Assembly: GCA_964016885.1 (NCBI GenBank)
Contig: OZ024742.1
Location: 252,030,001 to 252,094,000 of the forward strand
DNA from: Eledone cirrhosa
Taxonomy: Eukaryota
Direction: 5' to 3'
Length of the DNA: 64,000 nt
How positions within the stretch are numbered: the stretch's first letter is position 1; each line of letters begins with the position of its first letter. The translations under genes and the position numbers were made by a program. This document shows, in pieces, positions 38,098-50,874 of this stretch. The notes under the pieces were generated by a model. It was given only the letters and a program-made list of their open reading frames with translations. It did no database searches and was not told where the DNA came from.

Positions 38098-41000
38098 AGG
38101 AGATTGCCTTGGGCAAGGAGGGTCTACTTCAAGTAGATCTAACAACAGGGAGTGAGGGGGGGGGGGAGATAGAACCTACCATTGAAGTTGACAACAATAA
38201 TAGTCACGGGAATGATTAAGAATATGAAAGCAGCTAGACCATCAGTAATTACTACTAATATACTTAAAATATCTGTCTGGCAAGTAGATTGCATGTTAGT
38301 CACTGATAGAGTCAATCTGGTAAACATAAGACTGAGAGATGGCTTAGCAGTATCCTGAACAAACACCAAGACATCTTTAACTGGATGTCCCACTGCCTTT
38401 TAATGCTTCAGTCCATGATAATTTTGATAAAGTGTGTCTTAATTGACATATTACCCAACACTGCATAGTGAGTACAAATTAGTCTGATATAATAAACAAA
38501 AGCATTTCAAAGCCAACTTGTTTGACACATGGGTTACACTGAAGCATTGGTTTAGCTAGCTATCACCTTCATGTAGCTACTCAAAACCAACAAAAAACTG
38601 AACATCATACAGCTAAAATGTTGATATATTTTCAAAAATATGATATACAAAGAAGAAAAAGAAATGGTAGAAAATTATTTATTTTAGTTTTAATCTCAAG
38701 GTGATGTGACTTTCCTTATTTTTAATTTATTTTATGATTTGTTTATCAATTATTGACTACGATACTTATTCATAAGGTTTATAATTTGCAGATCAAAATT
38801 GATTTTTCAAAATCATCTATCACGCACATACTTAGATATATACATATATATACGATGATGATACATACATATACACATACATACACACACACATATATAT
38901 ATATACACACACATACACATACATATATATGCAAACACACACAGTAAACTGAAAACATTTGACAAAACTTTATAGTTAAACCCATTCAAATTTTTTTGAC
39001 AGTTGCAGCATGATATAAAAATATAAGATAACCTCTCTAACACTAAAAATCTGAAATAGTGGCAGGAATCTATGTTGAGAATGACATCAGTGTTATTTAG
39101 TAAGTACCTCTGAAGAATCTTGTGAAGTAGGGTGAAAGAAATCAATATCTCTAGCAATCATCAACTACATACAGGTCATTACATATAGAAAATCACTGAT
39201 ATTTCTGTGCAAGTTTTTCAAAATTGAAGTGATCACTATAGGAGGTGAAAAGAATTTCTTGTTATGCTTCAAGTAGCAGCTATCTGAATACATGACTACT
39301 ATTTAACAACAACAAAACAGTTTTCCTGAACTAACTACTGTGAATACTGATTTTTTTTCTTTTTAGTTGTATTCAAATTATTAAAACTGTTTTAGTAGGG
39401 AGGCCTAAGACATTGGTACATATATAAACAAAATCAATTTGAACTCTTAATAAAAAGGTTTTTATCTGAAATGTTTATATAAGAACTATAATGCAGTGAT
39501 AGGCAGAAAATTGGCAGAGTTATTATAACATCGGATAGAATGCTTTGTGATATTCAGTCCGGCTCTCTCAGTTCAAATCCTGCAGAGGTTAACTTTGCCT
39601 TTTACCCATTCGAAGTTGATTAAAAAAAGTACCAGTCTAGCATTGAGGTCGATTCTTCTTCTATATCTTTTTCTCAGTTTCTTTCTCTCACTCTGTCCTT
39701 CTCTCAAAGAAATCTGCTGTATTCAGACCCAGAGAGAAGATGGGCTCCATCAGGTTTTAAAAAATGCTCTAGAAATGCTATATGTCAATAAGGCATCCCT
39801 ACGACTCCCTCAGGAGTTATGGGTCCATACAATACGAAAATAATGCAATAGTAAGCTCTTGGAGAGTAGTGTTTACAGTTAATATTCTATTTTTGTTTGA
39901 GTTGTTTTTCATTTAATTTACCTCTCATACCTGTAACTTCTGTTTATGGTTAATAATGAGGAGAGGGATGCACTATGCACAGCTAACTTGCCTTTTACAC
40001 ACCACATGAATGTGACATTTTTATTAGTGAGTCAATTTGGTTGTGATGCAGTAATTATAGAGCATATTTATTTTATTTAAGGTTTATAAAATAGATCTGC
40101 ATTATGCCTTCTTGAGTCATACTCAGTCTGATAGCTGTATATGAAACTACCAAGCAATTAAAAGTGCAACTTGATTCATACACCACATTCCTTTTCCAGA
40201 TAACATTTCTAATACACAATCGTTTTCTACTTTTATAAACATATTTTCAAAGTTTCATTAATATTACATTATACCAAATGTGGACAATTCTTTTATAATG
40301 TGTTTCCTTGTCATTTGGACTAGATCATATTTTAGTCAACAGAAGCTATATTCAGGTTAGAGAGAATAATTCTAGTTTAAGGGAAATTGGCAGTTTGGAA
40401 AACTTCCAAGTTACAGAAATACATTTTGAAAGTGAAATATGACTGCTGCATTCATCATCCTCACTGTCATTGTTTTAACAGCCACCTGTTTGTGCTGGCA
40501 TGGGTTAGATGAGTATACAGAATGGAATATCACCACTTATTTCAATCTTGTGTCATCAAATAAGGTCATTTCTCACCTAGTACTGGGATTCTGTGACTGT
40601 TTTAAATTAGTATATTGGAATACTCTTCTAGATTGAGAACTATTCTGAAGATTTGTTCTGTAATGAAACCCAGTTACTGAATATATCATCAATAATGAAT
40701 AAAAATGGGAAGAAGACACATAACTGCTGAACAGCTATACAAAACTCTATGGCTTGATCAACTCTCTTAAACCATTTGTTTACACATAGCTTTCTTTGCA
40801 CCCATAAAACTGAAGTGCATAAGATCATGCCAAACACCTTTTCTAGATGAAATTTCATCAATAATGTTGATCAAATAATTATATCCGTGTTTTGGTATTT
40901 GTTTATTTACACTGATAAATATGTTTTTAATATAGTGATGATGAGAATTTATTTTTACTCTGGAGCTTTATCAGCTAAAACTCTTCATAGCACGGCTAAT

Positions 41001-41990
41001 TACATATAAGAGGATAAATTGGCTCACTGGATAGATTTTACAGGTAAAAAGCAACTGGCAGGAGACCCAGGGGTAGATTCCAAGCAAGATTGTTGGATAA
41101 CATCCATGAGCTCAGTTGGTCTTGCTTAGTGATCCAGCCCAATCAATGGAGACAGTTGTTTCTGACAGGACCCACTGGAAGGCATGATTGAGGACGCTGT
41201 CCCTGCGACCTTCCCTCATGTGGGTGAAGATGAAAAAGAAGATAATGATTTGAACAGGGATTATTTTAGAAATAATATTAAGGAAATTTTAGAACTAGTA
41301 TTTCACAAAAATTTTGAAGCAAAGTTAAATGTTGTAATCAGCATATGTATAAACAGTAAGTTACTTTGGCTTTTTCAATATTATGATCATGCTGTGGCTT
41401 TTTGTTTCTATAGTATTGGAGTTTTTATTATAAATGTTAGATAGACAGTTATATAAGCGGGGATCAAATGCATAGTAAGATAATCACTGAAATGGAATCC
41501 ATTTTCGTTCCATAAAAAGAAATAAAGTTTTTTTTTTTTTTTTTTGTATGAGGATGTTCAACCAATGAGAAAGGAACTAAATGATCCTCTCTTGAGACCA
41601 TAACCTAATTCATCCATTAAGTTGTGGTGTAAAATCTTTCATTTCTTGGAGATAGTTATGCTCTCAATAGAATTCTTATTTTGTTAATGTACACTTCCTT
41701 GTTCATGGCTAAATATTTAGATAACTTTGTTCACAAGCAATATTAGGATACAGATAATTTCTTTAACAGTCTAGACAGACTTTTCATCTAAGCTCATTTT
41801 CCCTCACTTTCTCCAATTTCCTTGATAACTACTTGATCAAAGTATAAGGGATTTACTTCATAATATCAAAAATTAACCCTTTATTTAGCATTGATTCTTT
41901 GATTTTAGTCAGATAGCTTTTATTGATTTTGTACATTTTATTCCTACAAATTGTTTACTTTGTGGCTACATGGTATATATTAAGTTATTC

Positions 41991-42458
41991 GTTTCTTATA
42001 TAGGCACAAGGCCAGCAATTTTTGGGGAGGGGAAGTCGATTAAATTGACCCCAGTGCATGACTGGTACTTTATTTTATCGACCCAGTAAGGATGAAAGGC
42101 AAAGTTAACCTCGGCGGGATTTGAACTCAGATCATAAAGGGCCATAACTCTAGCTGCAAAGCATGGCGCCTGACCCTCTACCGATACTGCCAATCCACCA
42201 CCCTATATATAAGTTATTATTAATAAACTAAGCACGGTGGATTAATAAGTTATTATTAATAAACTTAACACGGTGGATTGGCAGTATCGGTAGAGAGTCG
42301 GACACCATGCTTTGAAGCATAGAGTTATGTCCCTTTATGATTTAAGTTCAAATCCCGCCGAGGTTAACTTTGCCTTTCATCCTTACGGGCTCGATAAAAT
42401 AAAGTACTAGTAATGTACTGGGTAATTGCTGGCCTTGTGCCTAAACATAGAAACAATT
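41991..42458. mobile_element. Head-to-head inverted pair of SINE family A
   Basis: Minus copy ~41991-42204 and plus copy ~42270-42458. Confidence 0.9.
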
Positions 42459-42961
42459 ATTAATAAACTTAGTGGCACATGATAAAATTTTCATAAAAAA
42501 TATGTCACCTCAAGGTTACAATGATAGACTTTGAATAATAAAAATACAATACTTAAAGTTAATGTTTCCTCATTGAAATATAGAAATTAACAGCAGAAAT
42601 ATATTTAATAACATATTACACTATTCTTTTAACAAAACAAAATGTAATAGTGTAATATTAATTTCTACTAACTCTACCAATCCACTACCTTATAATGTTA
42701 TAATATTAAAATAGTGGACCAGTACCAGTGTCAATAATGATGGCAATATCATTGAATGTATTTACTTTTTAGAGACCAAGAATGGAATGTCATATCCCAG
42801 AATTACTGGATATGTTAATAATTATATGAACTGGTATATTTGTGCTTTGATACATTAATGGTTTGCATAAAGGAAACCCTCTTTATGTTGGTTACTAACA
42901 TGTGGAAGGGATTAAAGTTAAGTGATATTTTAATAATTTATTTCTATCATATAATTACATT

Positions 42962-43343
42962 AATTGTTTCTACTTTAGGCACAAGGCCAGCAATTACCCA
43001 GTGCATTACTGGTACTTTATTTTATCGACCCCCGTAAGGATGAAAGGCAAAGTCAACCTCGGCGGGATTTGAACTTAGATCGTAAAGGGACGTAACTATG
43101 CTGGAAAGCATGGCGTCCGACCCTCTACTGATACTGCCAATCCACTTACATTAATTGTTTCTACTATTGGCACAAGGCCAGCAATTACTCAGTACATTAC
43201 TGGTACTTTATTTTATCGACCTCGTAAGGATGAAAGGCAAAGTTAACCTCGGCGCGATTTGAACTCAGAATGGCAAGGGCCGTAACTCTATGCGTCAAAG
43301 CATGGCGTCCGACCCTCTACCAATCCTGCCAGTTCACCGCCCT
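42962..43343 (-). mobile_element. Tandem SINE family A pair with 22-bp TSD
   Basis: ctgccaatccacttacattaat at 43134-43155 and 43344-43365. Confidence 0.9.
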
Positions 43344-43531
43344 CTGCCAATCCACTTACATTAATGTTCAGCATATATATATATATATAAATCATCAGGA
43401 ACTCCCTGATGATTTCTCACGAATGAAACAGTTCTAGTCCTGTAGAAGCTCTTCCATATTAAAACTTTTATACTCTGCTGTGTATTGAGTACCTTACTTA
43501 CTGTGGCTACCTCCGATTCAACCCGGAATAA

Positions 43532-43566
<35 letters not shown>

Positions 43567-43939
43567 TGAACATGTAATCATATATATATATGATATAGAA
43601 AATTAAATATATCAGTAACTTTGCAGAAATACCTATTTACAAGCACAAATGTAGGGTTAGAAACCCAGGAGCTAGTGATTTGAAAGCAAACTTATTGTAA
43701 CAACATGACTGAGATAGGAAATACATTGTGTGTATGTGTAAATTTTAAAGAGTTATAACAGTGAAGACTGAGTATGTGACCAGAAAAGTAGAAAAGTAGA
43801 AGCAGACAAAACTGGATGTAAAATGATGATGATATATATAACCCCCCCCCCCCCCCCCCCTCCACACTCTCCCCAAGTGAGAAGCTAATAACACCATAAC
43901 ACCATGTACTATTTACTCCTACATTTGTTTGTTATTTCG

Positions 43940-43979
<40 letters not shown>

Positions 43980-46574
43980 TTATTCCAAACTGAATTGTGA
44001 ATTGTATTGAAAATAGGAAATTAAATATTTTTTAACTGCAACTTAATGTTCCCTGTTCTAATGTTATTCTTTTATTCCATTTTTTTAATTCATATTTTAT
44101 GAATAGTATTAATCTGAAGTGATTGCTTCTACAGCAGTTGTACTTATTGTAAACTTACTTTTTTGTTATAAATTTTATAAATTATATATATTGGAAGTGA
44201 GTAAATGTAAACAATAAATTATCTATCAAAAGCAATGCAACCATTTGTAGTTATTTCTAGTCTAGAGGTATTTAATACGTAGACATTAATAACACATCAT
44301 GAAAAAAGTAAAAAAAAAAAAAAAAAATATTTGTATGAATTTTTTTTAACACAGCTTGAGAAAAAAATTTCCAAGCAAATATGTAAACTTTCATGAAGTA
44401 TTTAATACTCAGTATATTGTTGACAGTATGCACATGTTGAATATCTATAACTTGTGCCTTCATTTTACATAGAACATTTAGAATATTTTGAATTGAGATT
44501 TTGTATGCCCAGTAGATAAATCACAAGCTCGTTTTTCAAGGTGTATTTCCATGGAAAAAGCTGCAACTTATATATGAGTCAGTGGCAAAAAAGGGTGGGG
44601 AGTGGCAGAGGATGTAATGGCTCCTGGCATCTATATCAGGGCAAGTGGTGAGGGCAATGAACCAAAGAGTCATGCAGGTTTCTCCATTCAATATAGCTAC
44701 TGAGAACAGCTCCCACTTATATTTTACAAGCATTCATCCAAAATCTGCAAATCAAACCCAAATCAAAAGGCTGAAAAATTTATTAACTCAAAATTCAAGC
44801 TTATGCTTGGACAAAACTTATGTGACTGATTTTATATTGATTTGGAGTGTTTATTTCATGTTTCATCTATTTTTACATATCTAAAAGGTATTCTTTGGTT
44901 ACATTTCTCAGTACTAGAACCTGCATTTGAGTTTTAGGGGCATACAATCAAACTCACCAAACTCCTGCACACCACTGACATGAGTATATCTGATAATTCA
45001 CAAAACACCAAGAGCTTTTTTTTGTTTCATAGGGGAATTCACTTTTAAAATTACATTTTAATTTTAAAAAATGTATGACTCAAAATAACCAAATTTGTAC
45101 ATAAAATTTAATGCAATCAAGTAAAATATAAAAAAAAAGATTTTCTTTATACTCATGTTATAGCCTCTCACTAATCACTCCATCCACATCACTCAACTTC
45201 TCACCAACTTTAAATGAGTTATCACCAACATACCTTCTACTGTTTAGTTATATCGCTTTACAGTGTGAGCTCAAATCCCACGAAGATCAGCTTTGCCTTT
45301 TGCCTTTCATTGTAGTGGACTTCATAAAACAAAGTGCTAGTCAAATACTAAAGTCCATATAAACAACTGTTCCCTCTCCATGAAATTTCTAGCCCTGTGT
45401 CTATTAAAGAAACCATTATTGGGTGGACTAGCAGAATAGTCAGAGCATTAACAAAAATACTTTGTGGTATTTGTTCCATCTCTTTATATTCTGTTCAAAT
45501 CCCACCGAAGTCAACTTTGACTTACATTCTTTTGGGATCAATGAAATAGAACCAGTTAAGTACTGGGGTTGATATAATTGACTTTCCTTTCATCCTCTAA
45601 ACTGCTGGCGTTGTACCTAAATTAGAAACTATTATTATTACTGATAGTGGATTGGTAGAATCGCTAGAGTATCAAATACTTTTCAGTATCATAACAAAGC
45701 GATGTAGCGAAAGCCTAGAGATGCTTCTGCATTTAAGACAGAGCCAAGTTGAGGTGATATAAAAGGAATAAGGGTATTATTTAAAATTCAATCAAAAATA
45801 TCTGAGTCACAACAAAGAAAATTATAAATATGAGCAGCTTTAGAAAATTAGGTAAAATACAATTAGGGGACAGAAAAAAGTATTTCACCTGATTTTCTAA
45901 AGCTGTTCTTATTTATAGTGATTCTGTGTTTAGATATAAAATCGTTAAAATGCCTTGATGAATTATAAGGTTTGTTTACTTCCAGCTCTATCCACTAAAG
46001 CTATTACAGATAGTGCTTTATTTGGACAGAACAAAACTGTTGCCAGCTGCCGTTTGGCATAATGGTAACACACTTAGTCGGAATTCAAGAGATTGATTCT
46101 CTGTAATGGCTGCTGACTATTTTTCCCTCTCTCTAAGGGTATTTTATCTGATTTTCTAAAACTATTCTTATTTATAGTAATTCTGTGTTTAGATTCCAAC
46201 ATTTCAAATTTCAAGTCGTCCAAATGCTTAGATAAATCATAAGAAAGAAAATTATATCAAAATGATGAGAGACTGGATTGACACAGTTGTCTTATAAGGA
46301 TTAATAGTGTTTAAACAACTCAAAAGGTATAGGTACATTTACATACTTATAACTGCATAGCAGATATAGATGCATCAGTGGGATAAAAACGGTAACTATA
46401 AAATTTCCACAAAATTATTTTAGAGCTACATTATTTATGTTTACCAATAAATTCATTTTTAAAAAACAAATACTTGAAATAAATCAAAAGGTTTTAAAGA
46501 TGGCCTCCATTCCCATAACAAACAGAATGAGGATCGACTTCTGGAAAATAGGGGTTCTTATATATGTACATGTG

Positions 46575-46880
46575 AAGCATTGGGGTCATAATTGTGAGGT
46601 TGTGAGTTTGATTCCCAGACCAGCTGGTGCATCATCCTTGAACAAGACACTTTATTTCATGTTGCTCCAGTTCACTCACCTGTAGAAATGAGTTGCAACA
46701 TCACTGGTGCGAAGCCTTTGCCTTTCCTTTAGACATCATTGGTTACATGAAGAGGGGTGACTGGAATGCATGGGTTACTGCAGATATTCCATAAGAAACA
46801 CCTTACCTGGGCTTGGGTCATTGAGGGGAACTTTCTAGGTGTAAAACCCAAGGTCATTTGTGACCAAAGAGGCTCTTTAC
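46575..46880 (+). mobile_element. SINE family B head with a different tail
   Basis: ccttgaacaagacactttatttcatgttgctccagttcactc, followed by a non-RTE tail (gaggggaactttctaggtg) also seen reversed near 31020. Confidence 0.65.
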
Positions 46881-47722
46881 TCATAATACATTGCTGCAGA
46901 GAATAACTCAAGAATATACCTTATGATAAAACATTCTGGTCCTGCTTCACTTGATACAATAAAACCTTATCAAACAACAATGTTGCAATAATTGTTACAT
47001 GTTTATGAATTTACTTTGTGTGGATATAATATGCAACATAAAAGACTTGGAAATTAATATCAACATAAGTGTTAAAATGTTAATAATTGTTTCTAACCTA
47101 GACACAAGGTCAGACATTTTGGGATGAGGTCTGTTGATTAAATCAGCCTCAGTAGTTTACTGGTAATTTATCAACATTGATGAAAGACAAAGTTGATTTT
47201 GGCAGGATTGCAAAGAACTAGAACAAATACCACAAGGCAATTTGTCTGATGCTCAAATGATTCTGCCACTGTGAAAGCATATTTATTGGCTATCAAATGT
47301 ATCCAAGATAGGTGGCAAAATGGCAGAGTTGTTGGAATGTAAGATAGAGTGCTTAGCCATATTCATCCAGGCTCTCTGTGTTCAAAACTCAGTGAAGTCA
47401 ACTTTGTCTTTCATTCTTTCAAATTCAATAAAAGGTATTAATCCATTTCTGGTATCAATTTTTCTCTATATCATTTTCTCATTTCCTCTCTCTCTCTTTT
47501 TTTTTTACAAGAAATCAGCTATGTTTAGACCTAGCGAGGGAATGGGCTCCACCAGTTTTAAAATGCCAAAGACATGCTGTATATCACTATAGTACCACTA
47601 CAACTCCACGAGGAGTTATGGCCCATACAATATATCCAAGCATTTCATACCAAAGTTTTGACAACTTAAAATCTGCAAATATTCTTTGCATAACACCAAT
47701 TTAACAATATATATTTTTTTAC

Positions 47723-48007
47723 CTGTTGTCCACACCCATTTGCCTTCATGATCTAAATCACTTGCACCAATCCAGACACCATTACTGTTCCAGTCAAGTT
47801 CTTTAGAATTAAGAACATTCTTCAAAAAGTCCATAGTTTCCATGTCATGGATGTGTACAAGTTCACCACCAAGCCACCAACAATATTCACGAGCCTCCCC
47901 CCAGTATTTCTCGTGATTTATGAATACATAGCAACTATCCCGAAATGTTGCCAAGTAGTGATGACTGCCAACCACAACATCAGGGCATTGGTCTGCATGA
48001 CTTTCAG
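47723..48007 (-). CDS. C-type lectin domain gene, internal exon (N-terminal half of CTLD)
   Basis: Translates (A)ESHADQCPDVVVGSHHYLATFRDSCYVFINHEKYWGEAREYCWWLGGELVHIHDMETMDFLKNVLNSKELDWNSNGVWIGASDLDHEGKWVWTT(G), with CTLD hallmarks CY.F, W..A..YC, L..I, WIG and EGKWVW. Acceptor tttttcAG at 48009-48008 and donor GTaaaa at 47722-47721. 285 nt, phase 1-1. Confidence 0.93.
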
Positions 48008-48111
48008 CTGAAAAATAGAATAAAAATGATATCAGACTCAACATTATAACAAACAGAAAAAAAACCTTTCATTTTCAAAGATTTTCAATAGATATTAAGA
48101 AGATAATTAAT

Positions 48112-48300
48112 ATTGGTTTCTGCTTTAGGCACAAGGCCAACAATTTTGGGGGAGGGGAAAGACAACTAAATCGACCCCAGTGCATTACTGGTACTTCATT
48201 TTATTGACACTGTAAGGATGAAAGGCACATCTAACCTCAGCAGGATTTTAACCCAGAACGTAATGGGCCGTAACTCTACGCCACAAAGCATGCTGTCTGA
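48112..48300 (-). mobile_element. SINE family A
   Basis: Consensus match, ~100 bp upstream of the lectin exon acceptor. Confidence 0.8.
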
Positions 48301-49646
48301 GTAACATCTTGCAAAAACATTAAAGCATGTTGAATAACATCTTTAGCTATTCTCAGAAACAGGCACCACGTGCTTGAAGTAAAATCTGGTACTATAGTTC
48401 TCTTTGACCAATATACTTTTGCGTTCAATGTATTAGGTTTCATAGATGTTTGTAATCTCATTTGCAAAGATTCTTTAATTGTTAGTAATGCATTAATACA
48501 TGGAGAACATTGGCAAATACTGGGAATAAATGAACCAAGCATACTCCATGGTAATGTTAGTGTACATAAACAAAGCACAGGTGGAGTTGAGAGAAAAACT
48601 AGGTATAAACAGAATTAAATGTAGTGTACAAGAGAGAAGATTACACTATTATGGACATGGATGATGATTGGGTGAGGAAGTGTGAGGAGTTGCAAGCAAA
48701 AAGAAGATATGGTTTAGGTAAACTGAAAGAAAAACTTGCATAGAAATGGTGAAAGTTGATCTCAGGATGTCAAAATTCACAAAGGAGAAGACAAAAGAAA
48801 GAAATAGAGTGGAGGGATGCTGAGCTGGAGAGGTCGCAGCTAATTTATGGAAGAATGGAAGAATAGACATAAAAATGATCATGATGATGGTGAATCATTG
48901 TAATAATGCTATTTTAGAAATGATTTAAAGCTTCTTGTAAAGCAAATCCACAGATAATCATTTTATTTCCTTTTGTGAAATGCTGCACAGAAGCTTAAAA
49001 TTATTAGACATAATCTGAAAACACTAAAAATCACTAATGAGTTGAGAAAAGGCAATGTTAACTGAAATAAAACAGTAGTGGTAGTGCAAATACCATATAA
49101 TCAATGCTAGCATGATAAAAGATGTAAAAATTATATAATGACAATGATTTTCAATGTTATAAAAGAAAAGTTCAAAATGTGGATTATTGTTTTAACGCAC
49201 AACAGCATCTAAACCGACCTGAATTTAAAAAAAAGTGCTTGAAAAAAAAAAATTATACTACTATAATTGCTTGTTAAAAATTAATTTCTTTCTCTCTAAG
49301 AGCCTATTGTTTCTAGTTACAATATTGTTAAGCACACCCCAAACTACACACAAGGGAGTAAATATTACTTTTGATTTCCTTCCTTCTTCCTTGAAGTTAT
49401 TGAAGATCTATATATCGATCAAAATGTAACTGACAGTTTTCATTTAAAAAAAAAGTTTCCCTTAAAAATCAAATATCTGTTTGATGAAAACCTTATTAAG
49501 GTAATACATTTGTTTAAAAACTAAAATTGTTATATTCAATTTATGTTCCTGGTGTATGAGTCAATAATGAAATCTTTGAACATGAGAATTCCATTCACCT
49601 TAGTTCTTTATGAATCGTACCAATGAAACATATTTCAGTAATATAA

Positions 49647-49876
49647 CCCCTTTGATACCAAAACACCTGAAACCAACTCTAGTTCTATGATACTCAGCAA
49701 TTCATTTTAAAATGCTTATACCTATCTAAAAACCTTCACCATAATTCTATGTAAGAACTTCTTTTTATCTTCCAAACACCATTTTAATAATGAAAAAGTT
49801 GGTTATATTACTTCCAAATTCTTCAAAATGCTTTGAAAATCATAGGCAGTGTATTAGAAATATGGTAATTAAAGGG
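49647..49876. mobile_element. piggyBac-like MITE
   Basis: ataa-CCCCTTTGATACC...AAAGGG-TTAA. Confidence 0.7.
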
Positions 49877-50109
49877 TTAACAAAAGATTCGAAGCTTGTT
49901 GCTATTCATAAAACTTGGATTAGAAAGTATTGTGTGTTGTAGACAGGTCAGACACATGTAACTAAATTAGAGTATGAATCATTAACTGATATAACTGGAT
50001 GTAAAATAGGCTATATTTGGCATGTTACCTCTGTGAATTGTTGAACTACATAACCTTTATATTTGGTCAGTATTACCAGAATGAACTGGAAATACCCAAC
50101 AGTAATTAA

Positions 50110-50347
50110 CCTTTTTGATATCAACCAAACCACCTCTGGTTCTCTGAAACAAAACCATACATTTAAAAGTGTTCTCATTTAAATTAATATTTTCCAACAC
50201 AAATGGATATAAAAACCTTTTGATAAATTATGTTACAAATACCATAATAATGAAATAATAGTTTTAGTAAATCCATCCAAATTCTTCATTGATTGATTTA
50301 GATACAGTGCATTCTATTGGAAATATGGAAATATGGAAATGAAAGGG
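50110..50347. mobile_element. piggyBac-like MITE
   Basis: TTAA-CCTTTTTGATATC...AAAGGG-TTAA. Confidence 0.72.
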
Positions 50348-50874
50348 TTAACATATAAGTATATATTTCAACTACACCTATGAACAGAAAACTCACTGTT
50401 TGTATTTTCTCTTTTTTAAATATACCATATATATATATATTGATATATTTTGGTAGGGTCATGCTGCCAATAAAAACACATGAACCTGTTGATTTTCACT
50501 TCAGTTTTATCATTACTTAGACAACTAATCCATTCCTCAGTTGTTTAATTGTCAAAGCTCATTTGACGCACATTATGTGACCTTTTCAATGACTAATCTT
50601 GCTCCTGTGTATCCTCTTTGTTCTGATCATGTTCTAAATAATAGTCCGAAGACATGATGGTGTAAATAGATCAGAACAAAGGTGACTTCAGAAGGTTAGA
50701 AAAAAAGGGAGGGGATAGCTGTTTTATATCATGGTGTATATGAAATGTTTAAACATTAACTGGTTAACTCACACTACACTGCCAGCCCCTACTACACTAA
50801 CCATTTCTTTCCCACATATTTCTCTTAGTCCACATCCATCCACAATTCACAACTCCTTAAATATATATATACAT

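Noticed and set aside
45688-45725. Hammerhead-like agcgatgtagcgaaagcctag
   Set aside because: The CUGANGA box is absent.
47616-48044. 142-aa ORF as a complete protein with signal peptide
   Set aside because: The hydrophobic N-terminus is the polypyrimidine tract and the C-terminus is intron read-through; only 47723-48007 is exonic.
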